A stretch of 64,000 nt of DNA, from NCBI GenBank assembly GCA_014237915.1, contig JABACC010000013.1, positions 568-64,567 of the forward strand, in the 5' to 3' direction. This DNA comes from Candidatus Paceibacter sp. (GTDB lineage: Bacteria > Patescibacteriota > Minisyncoccia > Phycocordibacterales > GCA-2747955). The notes beneath the pieces were generated by a model. It made no database searches, was not told the origin of the DNA, and saw only the letters and a program-made list of their open reading frames with translations. Below, one piece after another: positions 49,380 to 58,590 of the stretch (positions within the stretch are counted from its first letter, which is position 1; each line of letters starts with the position of its first letter). The position numbers and the translations under genes were made by a program.

Positions 49380-50648
49380 TTAATATTGCCTCATTGAAAT
49401 TTTAGAGTCAATTGTTTTGATTAGATTTATTCCTACAGAAACTACAATTAATAGTGACGATCCACCTATTGTAAGGTACGAAACTCCTGAAAGTGACTGG
49501 ATTAAAAGTGGCAAAACTGCTACCAACCCTAAAAATGTTGCTCCTAAAAAAGTAATTCTACTGGAAACATTCTCGAAAAATTCTTCTGTGTCTTCTCCTG
49601 GTCTAACTCCTGGGACAAAAGATCCGCCTTTTTGTAAATTGTCTGCATTTTTTTTAGGATCAAAAACCACTGATGTGTAGAAATACGTAAAGAAAAATAC
49701 TAAAATAAAATATAAAATTCCGTAATAAAGTGGATTTTGTAAAAAATTATTTAGAGAATTTAAAAAACCAAGATTTGTTCCAAAATTTATTGATTGTAAC
49801 ATTGAAATTATCATCGTTGGAAAAATTAAAATTGAAATAGCAAAAATTATTGGAATAACACCAGCTTGATTTAATTTTATCGGCATATATGACGCAACCT
49901 GACTTCCAGATCTTGAGGCTCTTGCGTTTGTAATAGGAACGGCTCTGTAAGATTTTTCTATAAATACAATTGCAAAAGTCACCAAAAGAGCCATAAAGGC
50001 AATAGCTAAAATAACAGGGCCTTCAGCAGGATTTATTAAAAAACTATCGTAAGCTCTGGAAACAAAACCTGGAAGCGAAGCTACAATTCCCCCAAAAATT
50101 AATAGTGAAATACCATTTCCAATACCAAATTCTGTGATTAATTCTCCGATCCACATTACCAAAACAGAACCCGCTGTTATGATAATAACATTTGTTAAAA
50201 ACTCAAAACTTGATATCTCAGCACCAATTACCTGATTAAATTGTAAAAGTTTTAAAAAACCAAAAGCTTGAATAAAAGCAAGTGGTACTGATAAAATCCT
50301 TGAGTAATTAGATATTTTTTTTCTTCCAATTTCTCCTTCTTCTCTTTGTGTTTCTTTTAATTTTGGAAAAATTATTGTTGAAAGTTGCATTATAATTGAA
50401 GCGGTTATGTATGGAAAAACCCCGAGCATAACAATAGAAATTGAGTTTAACCCTCCTCCTGAAAAAATATTTAAAAGTCCTAAAAAATCATTTGATTCAA
50501 AAAAACTTGCTAAAACCCCTCGATTTACCCCTGGAACTGGAATTGAAGCTAAAAATCTAAAAATAACAAAAGCAATCAAAACAAAAAATACTTTTTGTCT
50601 CATTGAGTAATCTGTAAATAAGAATTTTATTTTTTCTATAGCTGACAT
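49380..50648 (-). CDS. secY: Preprotein translocase SecY
   Basis: IPVPG, LGV.PYITASII.QL, GIGNGISL.IF, GVIPIIFA, PGVRPG, GGSSLLIVV. Confidence 0.98.
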   Translation of the reverse strand: MSAIEKIKFLFTDYSMRQKVFFVLIAFVIFRFLASIPVPGVNRGVLASFFESNDFLGLLNIFSGGGLNSISIVMLGVFPYITASIIMQLSTIIFPKLKETQREEGEIGRKKISNYSRILSVPLAFIQAFGFLKLLQFNQVIGAEISSFEFLTNVIIITAGSVLVMWIGELITEFGIGNGISLLIFGGIVASLPGFVSRAYDSFLINPAEGPVILAIAFMALLVTFAIVFIEKSYRAVPITNARASRSGSQVASYMPIKLNQAGVIPIIFAISILIFPTMIISMLQSINFGTNLGFLNSLNNFLQNPLYYGILYFILVFFFTYFYTSVVFDPKKNADNLQKGGSFVPGVRPGEDTEEFFENVSSRITFLGATFLGLVAVLPLLIQSLSGVSYLTIGGSSLLIVVSVGINLIKTIDSKISMRQY

Positions 50649-50672
50649 ATTTATCTATTATAACATTTATTA

Positions 50673-51122
50673 TTAATCTGTGACCTTACCACCATTTTTT
50701 TCAATAATTTCTTTCGCTTTTTTAGAAACTAAACATCCGGAAACATTAATTTTTTTCTCTAATTCTCCTTTTGCTAAAATTTTAACCCTCGGAATTTTTC
50801 CTGATTTTTTAGAAATTATTTTTTTTTCTAAAAGAGTTTTTGGGTTAACATCTTCTCCGTTTTCATATTTTTTTTCAATTAAAGATAAATTAACTGGAAA
50901 ATTTTCTACCATAATAGCTTTTGGTCTATTTCCGTGAACCCCTGCTCCTCTTAATTTTGGAATTTTTTTAATAGTGTCTCTAATTTCTGCTCTTTTAGAA
51001 TTTCCTGCTCTTGAGTTTTGACCCTTCATTCCAGCTCCAGAAGTTTTTCCTCTTTTTCCACCTCTTCCAACTCTTTTTCTTTTAAGGTTTTTGTTATTTC
51101 TTTTTAAATTATTTAACTGCAT
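50673..51122 (-). CDS. rplO: 50S ribosomal protein L15
   Basis: RVGRG..RGKTSG.G.KGQ.SR, VKILA.G, S..A.E.IE..GG. Confidence 0.95.
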   Translation of the reverse strand: MQLNNLKRNNKNLKRKRVGRGGKRGKTSGAGMKGQNSRAGNSKRAEIRDTIKKIPKLRGAGVHGNRPKAIMVENFPVNLSLIEKKYENGEDVNPKTLLEKKIISKKSGKIPRVKILAKGELEKKINVSGCLVSKKAKEIIEKNGGKVTD

Positions 51123-51141
51123 AATACTTTAATTATTTTAA

Positions 51142-51957
51142 CTAATCTTTAATTTCCTTCTTAACTTCTTTTTGTTCAAAATTTCTTTTAAAACTTTTTC
51201 CATTTCTTGGTGAGAAGTTTTTCTTAGAGCTTGTTAAACTTTTTTTATGAACTTTTGGTTTAGAAAAAGGTAAAAGTGCTTTTAAAGTTGCTTTCACATT
51301 ATTTATGTTATTTTTAGATCGGGTTAAAATTTTTGCTCCAGTCTCATCAACTCCTGCAAGATCTAAAACGATTCTCACCGCTCCACCTGCAGCAAGCCCT
51401 TTTCCTTTAACTGGTCTAATGACAACTTCTGATGCTTTATATTTTGCTGAAACTTCATAAGAAATTGAATTATCTTCAGGTGAAAGAGAAAGCGTAACCA
51501 TTGTTTTTTTGGCTTGCCTTATAGCTTTTTCAATGGCTGCTGCGGTGTCTGAGGCTTTTCCCATTCCAAAACCAACAGATCCTTTTTTGTCTCCCAAAAC
51601 AATACCACAAGAAAAAGAAAATCTTCTTCCTCCTGCCATAACTCTTGTTACTCTTCTAAGTGAAACTATTTTTTGCTCAAACTCAGGCGGTTCTCTTTTA
51701 AAAGGTTTTCTTCTTCCTGCTGGTGATCTTTTTCTAAAATTTTTCTTAAAATCTTTTTTCTCTGTTTCAGGTTTTTTATCTTCCGTTTCTGTTTTTTTAC
51801 CATCAGAAGAATTTGAAGAACTTTCTGTATTTTCCTCTTTTTTATCTTCTGAATTATTTTCTTTTTCTGTTTTTTGTTCATCTTTTTGAACATCTACCAC
51901 TGCTTCCGTTTGGTTATCGTTCTGAATATTATCTTCTTGTTTTTTTTCTTCGCTCAT
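51142..51957 (-). CDS. rpsE: 30S ribosomal protein S5 with long acidic N-terminal and basic C-terminal extensions
   Basis: RVTRV.AGGRRFSF, G.GKA, G.GL.AGG.VR.VL.LAGV. Confidence 0.95.
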   Translation of the reverse strand: MSEEKKQEDNIQNDNQTEAVVDVQKDEQKTEKENNSEDKKEENTESSSNSSDGKKTETEDKKPETEKKDFKKNFRKRSPAGRRKPFKREPPEFEQKIVSLRRVTRVMAGGRRFSFSCGIVLGDKKGSVGFGMGKASDTAAAIEKAIRQAKKTMVTLSLSPEDNSISYEVSAKYKASEVVIRPVKGKGLAAGGAVRIVLDLAGVDETGAKILTRSKNNINNVKATLKALLPFSKPKVHKKSLTSSKKNFSPRNGKSFKRNFEQKEVKKEIKD

Positions 51958-51977
51958 TTTTTCTTTTTATTAATAAA

Positions 51978-52322
51978 TTAAAATTTTAACCCTCCTTCTC
52001 TTAGCCCTTCAGCAAAAGCTTTAACTCTTCCTGTGTACATATATCCATTTCTATCAAAAACTACTTTTTCAACACCTTTTTCTAAGGTTTTTTTAGAAAG
52101 CTCTTTTCCTGTTTGTGAAGCTCTTTCTGTAAAAGTTTTTCCTGTGGCTTTTTGAGAATTTGCTTGCACTAAAGTATTTTGTGCTTCATCGTCTATTACT
52201 TGCCCGCTTATATATTTATTTGATTTAAAAACAGAAATTCTTGGAATTTCTTTAGTTCCAAAAATTTTTGATCTTACTCTATTTTTCCTTCTTTGTCTGT
52301 TTGTAGTTTTTTTTATTGACAT
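51978..52322 (-). CDS. rplR: 50S ribosomal protein L18
   Basis: PR.SVFKSN..I..Q.IDD, VVFDR.GY.Y.GRVKA.AE..REGGL.F. Confidence 0.97.
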   Translation of the reverse strand: MSIKKTTNRQRRKNRVRSKIFGTKEIPRISVFKSNKYISGQVIDDEAQNTLVQANSQKATGKTFTERASQTGKELSKKTLEKGVEKVVFDRNGYMYTGRVKAFAEGLREGGLKF

Positions 52323-52347
52323 ATTAAAATTTTATTTTATAAATATT

Positions 52348-52884
52348 TTAAGCAGCTTTCTTACCTTCTTTTCTAATAATAATTTCATCTTCATATCGAA
52401 TTCCTTTTCCTTTGTAGGGCTCCGGTTTTTTCTTGATTCTTACTTTTGATGCAAAAAGTCCAACTTTCTCTTTATCTATTCCAGAAATTGTAACAATATT
52501 TTTTTCTGAAACAACATCAATCCCTTCTGGAATTTCCATTGAAATCGGATGAGAAAAACCTAAAGATAAATCTAAGTTTTTTCCCTTAACTTCCGCTTTA
52601 AAACCAACTCCCTCAACAATTAATTTTTTTACAAAAGACTCGGTAACACCTTTTACCATATTTTTAATATGGGAATTTGTTGTTCCCCAAATCGATCTTG
52701 TAAAAACTTCATCATTTTTTGGTTCAACTTTTATTTTACCATCTTCATCTTTTGAAATTATAACAATGTCTAAAAATTGCCTTTCTAAATTTCCTTTTGG
52801 ACCTTTAACGCTGACAAGATTGTTTTCTATTTTTACTTCAACTCCTTGTGGTATTTCTATTTTTTCTTTTCCTATCCTACTCAT
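52348..52884 (-). CDS. rplF: 50S ribosomal protein L6
   Basis: MSRIGK..I.IP, VKGPKG.L, LGFSHP, PEPYKGKGIRY; true start 52884. Confidence 0.97.
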   Translation of the reverse strand: MSRIGKEKIEIPQGVEVKIENNLVSVKGPKGNLERQFLDIVIISKDEDGKIKVEPKNDEVFTRSIWGTTNSHIKNMVKGVTESFVKKLIVEGVGFKAEVKGKNLDLSLGFSHPISMEIPEGIDVVSEKNIVTISGIDKEKVGLFASKVRIKKKPEPYKGKGIRYEDEIIIRKEGKKAA

Positions 52885-52885
52885 A

Positions 52886-53275
52886 TTACCAAATTTTAAA
52901 AAGTGCCTCACCTCCAATTTTTGAATCTCTAGCCTCTTTATCGGTTAAAATTCCAAGTGGTGTTGATAATACTAAAGTTCCTTTTCCGAATTTAACTGGT
53001 TTAATTTCTTTATAACCAAAATAAATTCTTTTTGAAAGTTTTGAAACTCTTTTTACATCTTCTATTTTATGTTTTCCGTCGATGTATTTAAGTTTAACAA
53101 CGAGGTTTTTTTTAATTTCTTCCCCTTCTGTTGAAAAGTCTTCAATGAAACCTTTTTTTTTCAAAGCTGAAAGAATATTTTTTTTCAAATTTGAAAAAGG
53201 CACGCTAGTTTCTGGAAGATTAGCTCTTCCTGCATTTTTAATGTTTATAATTAATTCTGAAATTTTATCATTCAT
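52886..53275 (-). CDS. rpsH: 30S ribosomal protein S8
   Basis: D.I......IKNA, RVSK...RIY, STP.GI.T..EAR...IGGE....W. Confidence 0.96.
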   Translation of the reverse strand: MNDKISELIINIKNAGRANLPETSVPFSNLKKNILSALKKKGFIEDFSTEGEEIKKNLVVKLKYIDGKHKIEDVKRVSKLSKRIYFGYKEIKPVKFGKGTLVLSTPLGILTDKEARDSKIGGEALFKIW

Positions 53276-53338
53276 ATTTTTAAATTTTAAATTTTTAAAT
53301 ACAGATATAAAATATTGCTATTTTTTACCAAGTTTTTA

Positions 53339-53524
53339 TTACCAAGAAGATTTTTTAACCCCTGGAATTTGCCCATCGGAAGCCATTTCTCTAAAACAAA
53401 TTCGACATAAATCAAAGTCTCGCATGTAAGCTTTTTTTCTCCCACACTTAAAACATCTTCTTACTATTCTTGAAGAAAATTTTGGTTTTTTTTCTGATCT
53501 AACTACTACTGATCTTTTTGCCAT
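53339..53524 (-). CDS. rpsZ: 30S ribosomal protein S14, zinc-binding type Z
   Basis: 61 aa, [23 protein letters not shown]. Confidence 0.96.
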   Translation of the reverse strand: MAKRSVVVRSEKKPKFSSRIVRRCFKCGRKKAYMRDFDLCRICFREMASDGQIPGVKKSSW

Positions 53525-53599
53525 AAATTTAATTAAGTGGAAGCTATTCTATCAAATGTTTATTTAATTGCAAGAAATTAAATTTCAAATTTTTAAAAA

Positions 53600-54301
53600 T
53601 TAATTTCTGTCCCCGAAAAGCTGTAAAAGGTGTACAAAAATCATCACAAAATTTATATACATTTGTAAAGCTCCTAAAGCCATGTATCTTCTTACTTCTT
53701 TTTCTCCGCCTGTTTTTACATTTTCATAAATTTGCTTGTAAATATTTGCATCGTAAGCAACAAGGGCTGAGAAAATTAAAACCGCAGCTCCTGAAATGAG
53801 CATTTGGAAAAATGTATTTCCTAAAAAAATATTTACAACAGATGTAATTAAAATAGCCAAAACACCAATAAATAAAAAAGTTCCCCAGCCTGATAAATCT
53901 TTTTTTGTAGTGTATCCATAAAGTGAAAGTCCGCCAAAAATTGCAGCTGAAATTAAAAAAATATTTAAAATTGATGCTCCTGTGTAGATTAAAAAAATTC
54001 CTGAAAGAGTAATTCCGTTCAAAGCAGCATAAAGGAAAAAAAGTGCTGTGGCAGTGGAAGGCTCCATTTTTCTTATCATAAACTGAATTCCTAAAAGTAA
54101 TATAAATTCTATAATAACAATTCCCCAAAAAATTCCAGAGCTGAAAACATAAGAACCTAGGGAAGTGTTTAAGGTTAAGTAAGAAAATAAAGCTGTGATT
54201 AAAATCCCTCCACACATCCATTTATAAATTCCAGCAAAAAAAGTTCCAACTCCTGAAGTAGCTTCTGTGTGAGAAAAGTTGTTTTTATTTTGTAATTCCA
54301 T
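53600..54301 (-). CDS. Bax inhibitor-1/YccA family membrane protein
   Basis: FFLYAALNG.TLS, YGYTTK.DLS.W, AYD, GAL..Y..F. Confidence 0.92.
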   Translation of the reverse strand: MELQNKNNFSHTEATSGVGTFFAGIYKWMCGGILITALFSYLTLNTSLGSYVFSSGIFWGIVIIEFILLLGIQFMIRKMEPSTATALFFLYAALNGITLSGIFLIYTGASILNIFLISAAIFGGLSLYGYTTKKDLSGWGTFLFIGVLAILITSVVNIFLGNTFFQMLISGAAVLIFSALVAYDANIYKQIYENVKTGGEKEVRRYMALGALQMYINFVMIFVHLLQLFGDRN

Positions 54302-54336
54302 AATAATTAATTTAATTTTTAATAATAATTTAAGGT

Positions 54337-54483
54337 TTATCTAAAAAAACCTAAAATATAATCCACTAAAGATCTAACATCGATATTGAAATAATAAATA
54401 ACGTATAAAATTATTGCGATTATTGCAATTTCTTTAATTAAACCTCTTTGGTAGAAAAATTCATTTTTTCTTTTTTTATTCAT
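54337..54483 (-). CDS. Putative 48-aa pilin-like or small membrane protein
   Basis: MNKKRKNEFFYQRG-LIKEIAIIAIILYVIYY: basic leader, G, then hydrophobic helix; TGTTATAAT 6 nt before the ATG; below the ORF-track cutoff. Confidence 0.55.
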   Translation of the reverse strand: MNKKRKNEFFYQRGLIKEIAIIAIILYVIYYFNIDVRSLVDYILGFFR

Positions 54484-54514
54484 AAAAATATTATAACAAA
54501 AAATAAAAATTATT

Positions 54515-55180
54515 TTAAGAATTTTTTTCTTTCCAATTTTCTATTTTTTTATGATCACCTGATTTTAAAACAGCTGGGATTTTATATTTTTTCTTATTCC
54601 ATAAAATTTCTTCTGGGCGTGTGAAAAATTTTGAAGATGAAATTCTTTTTTCTTCAACTGAATCTTCGTTTCCTAAAACTCCTTCAATTTGGCGAGAAAT
54701 ACTATCTACTAAAATAAGTGCTGGGATTTCACCACCGGTTAAAACATAATCCCCTACTGAATAAAATTTTCCAGAATAAATTTTAGAAACTCTAGAGTCC
54801 AGTCCTTCGTATCTTCCACACACTAAAATTAAATTTTTAATTTTTTTATTTTTAAAATTTTTTGAAATTTTTATAGCCTCTTTGTTTGTCCATTTTTTTG
54901 CAGACGGAGAAAAATAAATTATTTGAAAATCTTTTTTTCTTCCTATGGCTTTTTTTATAGATTTTAAAAAAGGCTCAGCTTTTAAAACCATTCCAGGGCC
55001 GCCGCCGTAAGGCTTGTCGTCGACTCTTTTTGAAAGTCCGGATTTTGATTTTTCTAAAAAATCTATCGGATTATGGAAAAATATTTTTATTTTTTTTTTC
55101 TCTTGAGCTTTTTTTAAAATTGAAGAATTTAAATAGGGCTTTAAAGTTTCAGGAAAAATTGAAATTATGTGAAAATTCAT
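54515..55180 (-). CDS. trmD: tRNA (guanine-N1)-methyltransferase
   Basis: VDDKPYGGGPGMVL, CGRYEG.D.RV, S.GDYVLTGGE, P.VL.SGDH. Confidence 0.97.
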   Translation of the reverse strand: MNFHIISIFPETLKPYLNSSILKKAQEKKKIKIFFHNPIDFLEKSKSGLSKRVDDKPYGGGPGMVLKAEPFLKSIKKAIGRKKDFQIIYFSPSAKKWTNKEAIKISKNFKNKKIKNLILVCGRYEGLDSRVSKIYSGKFYSVGDYVLTGGEIPALILVDSISRQIEGVLGNEDSVEEKRISSSKFFTRPEEILWNKKKYKIPAVLKSGDHKKIENWKEKNS

Positions 55181-55229
55181 TTTTATTTTTTATAAAAATA
55201 TTATAGCAGATATTTTAGGAAAATTTTTT

Positions 55230-55256
55230 GGCGGATTTTGCGAAGCAAAATCCGCC
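55230..55256. repeat. Family B palindrome GGCGGATTTTGC-GAA-GCAAAATCCGCC
   Basis: Identical to 17431-17457. Confidence 0.85.
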
Positions 55257-55318
55257 ACCAAAAACTAAAAAATTTATAAAAATTTGAAAATAAAAAAAGA
55301 AAAATTAAAAAAATTTTA

Positions 55319-55355
55319 AAAACAAAGTGCGCGCCTTCGGCGCGCACTTTGTTTT
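55319..55355. repeat. Family A palindrome, TTC-loop orientation
   Basis: AAAACAAAGTGCGCGCC-TTC-GGCGCGCACTTTGTTTT; exact inverted copy centred at 57407. Confidence 0.9.
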
Positions 55356-55373
55356 TTCTCTCTAATTCTAAAT

Positions 55374-57362
55374 TTACAAAAGATAAACTTCTCCTTGCAA
55401 ACCATATCCGTTAAATTCAGAATCTTCCGGATTTTCAAGTTCGACTTTTTTCAAACCATCTTTAAGTTTCCAAAGATATCTATTTAAAACTGGTCTGTTT
55501 GTTCCGTGCCCGCTAGAATGATCGTCAATACTTATCGCTAATTTCTTTTCTGATTTTTCATCAATATCTTGAGTAAATTTTTTAAATTTTTCAAAAAAAT
55601 CTTCAACATCTAAATAATTTATTGTGTTTTCAACAGGATTTAATCCTCTAATAATAAGCAGATCTTCTCCGTTTTTTGCTTTTGTTTCTATCAACAATGA
55701 TGAGCCAACCACTTTTGCAAATCTATTTTCCGGGTTTGAAGCCATCAAAACAGAAGAAATGTTTGGAAATCTTTCTAAAATACTATTGTATCTAGAAGCC
55801 CAGCAAGCATCTCCTTCGTGGCCTGAAAATTCTGTATGAATATCTCTGTGGGTTGAGAAATTAATTTTCACTTCTCCTGTTTTGACTTGCTTACTTTTTA
55901 ATCTGGCTAACTGCTCTTTTAAAGCTGCTGTGCTGATAATTTTATTGAAAGTTTTCTTTGCCTTTGTGTCTGTAAAATATTTAGACATAACTTCCCTGTT
56001 TGTAATATGGTCAATAAAATCTAAAACCCAAGAAATATCGTCAAGCGAAGGTTTTTCTAAATTTATATTTTCTAAATCAAAATTCCTTTGATTTTCCTTT
56101 CTAAAACTCATAATAAAAACTGCTCTCCTTAAGAGATTGTCTATCTCTCTATTTTTTAAGCTCCCCAAAGCTGTATAGTTTTTTTGAAAATCCTTTAAGT
56201 CTCTTAAATTTATTTTTTCTAAAAAATCTTTTTTCTCTTCAATTATTTTCTTAGTAAATTCATTATCTTTGTTTTTCTCCAAAGTTTTTTCTAAATTTGA
56301 AATTTCATTTTTTACTAGTTCGTTTAAAGAAGTAATGATTTCGGAAAAAGGTTTTTCTTTTTCCTTTTTTATTTTTTTAGCCTCTTTTATGTCACTAATT
56401 AAAATATTAAATCTTTCTAAATAATCTTCGGTATATGAAATTTCCTCTTTTGAATCAAAACTTTTTTTAATAATGGAAAAAGTTTCAGAGCTTTTCATCT
56501 GTTCTGGCAGCTTTCTAAAATCATCTTTATTTTTTAAATATGTTTCTATGGTTTCATCAAAACTCTCATCTGTTTGCCCCCCAAGATGAAGCTTCGTATC
56601 TTATGAAATTTTTAAAAAAATCTTTAATTATTTTTTTATTTAAAGTAGCAAGATCAAAATCCTCTGCCATAAAATCTTTTTTTGTTTTATTTAAAATATC
56701 TTTTAAATCTTCTAAAATATTTTCTGGTTTTTTGTTTTTTTCTAAACCAAGCTCTTTCAGGTTTTTTCCTATTTCTGTGTCTGAATCATCTAAAGATCTT
56801 ATTTCTTCAAATATTTCAAATGTTAAAAAATTTCCAAATATTTCAACAGCAGAATTTTCAAGATAATTAAAATATTTGTTTAAATTAAAATGTTTATATA
56901 CTTCTATCACATCATTAGCGTATCCTTTTTTAAGCTGTTTTATAAAACCCTCCTTAGCTAGATCTATAACTTTTTCGGAGTTTAAAAACTCTTCTTGGTC
57001 TTGAAGAAATTCTTCTTTTATTTCTATCGCCTTATCAAAATTTTCTTGTACGAGGTATCTAATAAGAAGTTTCTTGGCAGTTTCCATGAATTCTTCAGAT
57101 TTAAAAAACTTTTCTTCTTTTTCAAGGAAGTTTTTTTTTATTCTTATTGCATAAAAAATTTTTCCTTTTTTAAGTTCTTTAATGAAAAATTTCTTGGCAG
57201 CTTCTATGACTTCTTCGGAGTTAAAAAACTTTTCTTCTTTTTCAAGGAAGTTTTTTTTATTTCTATCGCATTATGAAGCCATCCTTCTCCAAGGCTTTTA
57301 ATAAACTTATTTTTATAATTGCCCTCTTCTACTAAACTTATAATTGAAAAATTTTCTTTCAT
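55374..57362 (-). pseudogene. Large hypothetical gene (~662 aa if restored) with three 40-aa repeats, broken by two homopolymer frameshifts
   Basis: ATG 57362 just after TATAAT; A8 tract at 57251-57258 where the next repeat has A9; G6 at 56577-56582 where G5 would join ORFs 56566-57087 and 55374-56498. Confidence 0.75.
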
Positions 57363-57388
57363 TTTTTTATTATATAATATATTTTAAA

Positions 57389-57425
57389 AAAACAAAGTGC
57401 GCGCCGAAGGCGCGCACTTTGTTTT
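57389..57425. repeat. Family A palindrome, GAA-loop orientation
   Basis: AAAACAAAGTGCGCGCC-GAA-GGCGCGCACTTTGTTTT; reverse complement of 55319-55355. Confidence 0.9.
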
Positions 57426-57474
57426 TTAAACTACTTTATTATTTTTATAATTTTATAGTTTTAAATGAAGGTTT

Positions 57475-57729
57475 TTATCCTTCTTCTCCTGGTTCATTTA
57501 TTTTTAAATTAACCCTTGAGTCATTTTTCATTCCAATCACTCTTAAGATTGTTCTAATAGCTGAGGCTGTTCTTCCTTCTTTTCCGATAATTTGAGCCAT
57601 GTCGCCTTTATCAACGTTAAGTGTTAACAAAACTCCCATTTCATCAACAACTCTATTAACCTTAATAGCGTCTGGTTTTTCTACCACTGATTTAACAATA
57701 AATTCTAATACTTCTTGATCTTTTTCCAT
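57475..57729 (-). CDS. khpA: KH-domain RNA-binding protein (KhpA/YlqC)
   Basis: LEFIVK..V..P, DM..IIGK.GRTA.AIR.IL. Confidence 0.9.
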   Translation of the reverse strand: MEKDQEVLEFIVKSVVEKPDAIKVNRVVDEMGVLLTLNVDKGDMAQIIGKEGRTASAIRTILRVIGMKNDSRVNLKINEPGEEG

Positions 57730-57844
57730 ACAAATAAATTTAACGAATAAATAAACCTTTAAAAGATTTATTGAAAATAATTATAACAAACAAAATAATA
57801 ATAAAAAATAAAAAAAATAAAAAATTTTTTAAAAATAAGTTTTG

Positions 57845-57871
57845 GTGAATTTTACCGAAGGTAAAAATCAC
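57845..57871. repeat. Degenerate family B-like palindrome GTGAATTTTACC-GAA-GGTAAAAATCAC
   Basis: One mismatch, same C-GAA-G triloop, resembles AT-eroded GCGGATTTTGC arms. Confidence 0.6.
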
Positions 57872-57896
57872 AAAAAATCAGAAAAAAATAAAAAAA

Positions 57897-58586
57897 TTAT
57901 TCCCAACCTTTTTTAATTAAAGCCTTTTTGGCCGCATCAACTTCTGCTTTTTGTTTTGATTTTCCCTCACCTTCTGAAATTTTTTCATCACCAATATAAG
58001 CTCCGACAATAAAATTTTTGTCGTGATCTGGCCCTTTTTCGGAAATCAATTTATATTCTGGAGTAGCTGGAATAACTTCTTGGGCAATTTCTTGAAAATA
58101 AGATTTTGGATCACGAAAAAGATTTTTCTCCACAATCTCAAAAGCATAATCAAACAAAAAATTTTCTAAAAAAGTATAAGCTTTAAAAAATCCGTCTTTT
58201 TCTCCGTCTAAATAAATTGCTCCCACCAAAGCTTCAAAAGTGTTTGCTAAAATATGATTCCTGCCTTTTTTTTCAAGCGATTCTCCTTTTGACATTAATA
58301 AGTTTTCCTCAAGATTTAATTTTTTAGCAGCGTTGCAAAGCGATTCAGTATTTACAAGGGCTGATCTGATGGCGGTTAACTCCCCTTCTTTTTTTTGAGG
58401 AAAATTTTTATATAAAAAATCTGTAGCACAAAGCTCCAAAACAGCATCTCCTAAAAATTCCATTCTTTCATTGTGTTGTGAAAATTTTTCTTTATTTTCA
58501 TTTAAATATGAACGATGAACAAAAGCATTTTCTAAAGTTTTTATATTATTAAATTTTATTCCAATTTTTTTTTCAAATTCTTCCAC
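57897..58586 (-). CDS. rnc: Ribonuclease III
   Basis: HRSY, NER.EFLGDAVL, FEALVGAIYLD, dsRBD D.KS..QE...GPDH.K.F. Confidence 0.97.
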   Translation of the reverse strand: MEEFEKKIGIKFNNIKTLENAFVHRSYLNENKEKFSQHNERMEFLGDAVLELCATDFLYKNFPQKKEGELTAIRSALVNTESLCNAAKKLNLEENLLMSKGESLEKKGRNHILANTFEALVGAIYLDGEKDGFFKAYTFLENFLFDYAFEIVEKNLFRDPKSYFQEIAQEVIPATPEYKLISEKGPDHDKNFIVGAYIGDEKISEGEGKSKQKAEVDAAKKALIKKGWE

Positions 58587-58590
58587 TTTT

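Noticed and set aside
56950-57272. Near-identical 120-bp repeats as a DGR template/variable pair or CRISPR array
   Set aside because: Differences are not adenine-specific, no reverse transcriptase or cas gene is present, and the period equals a 40-aa protein repeat
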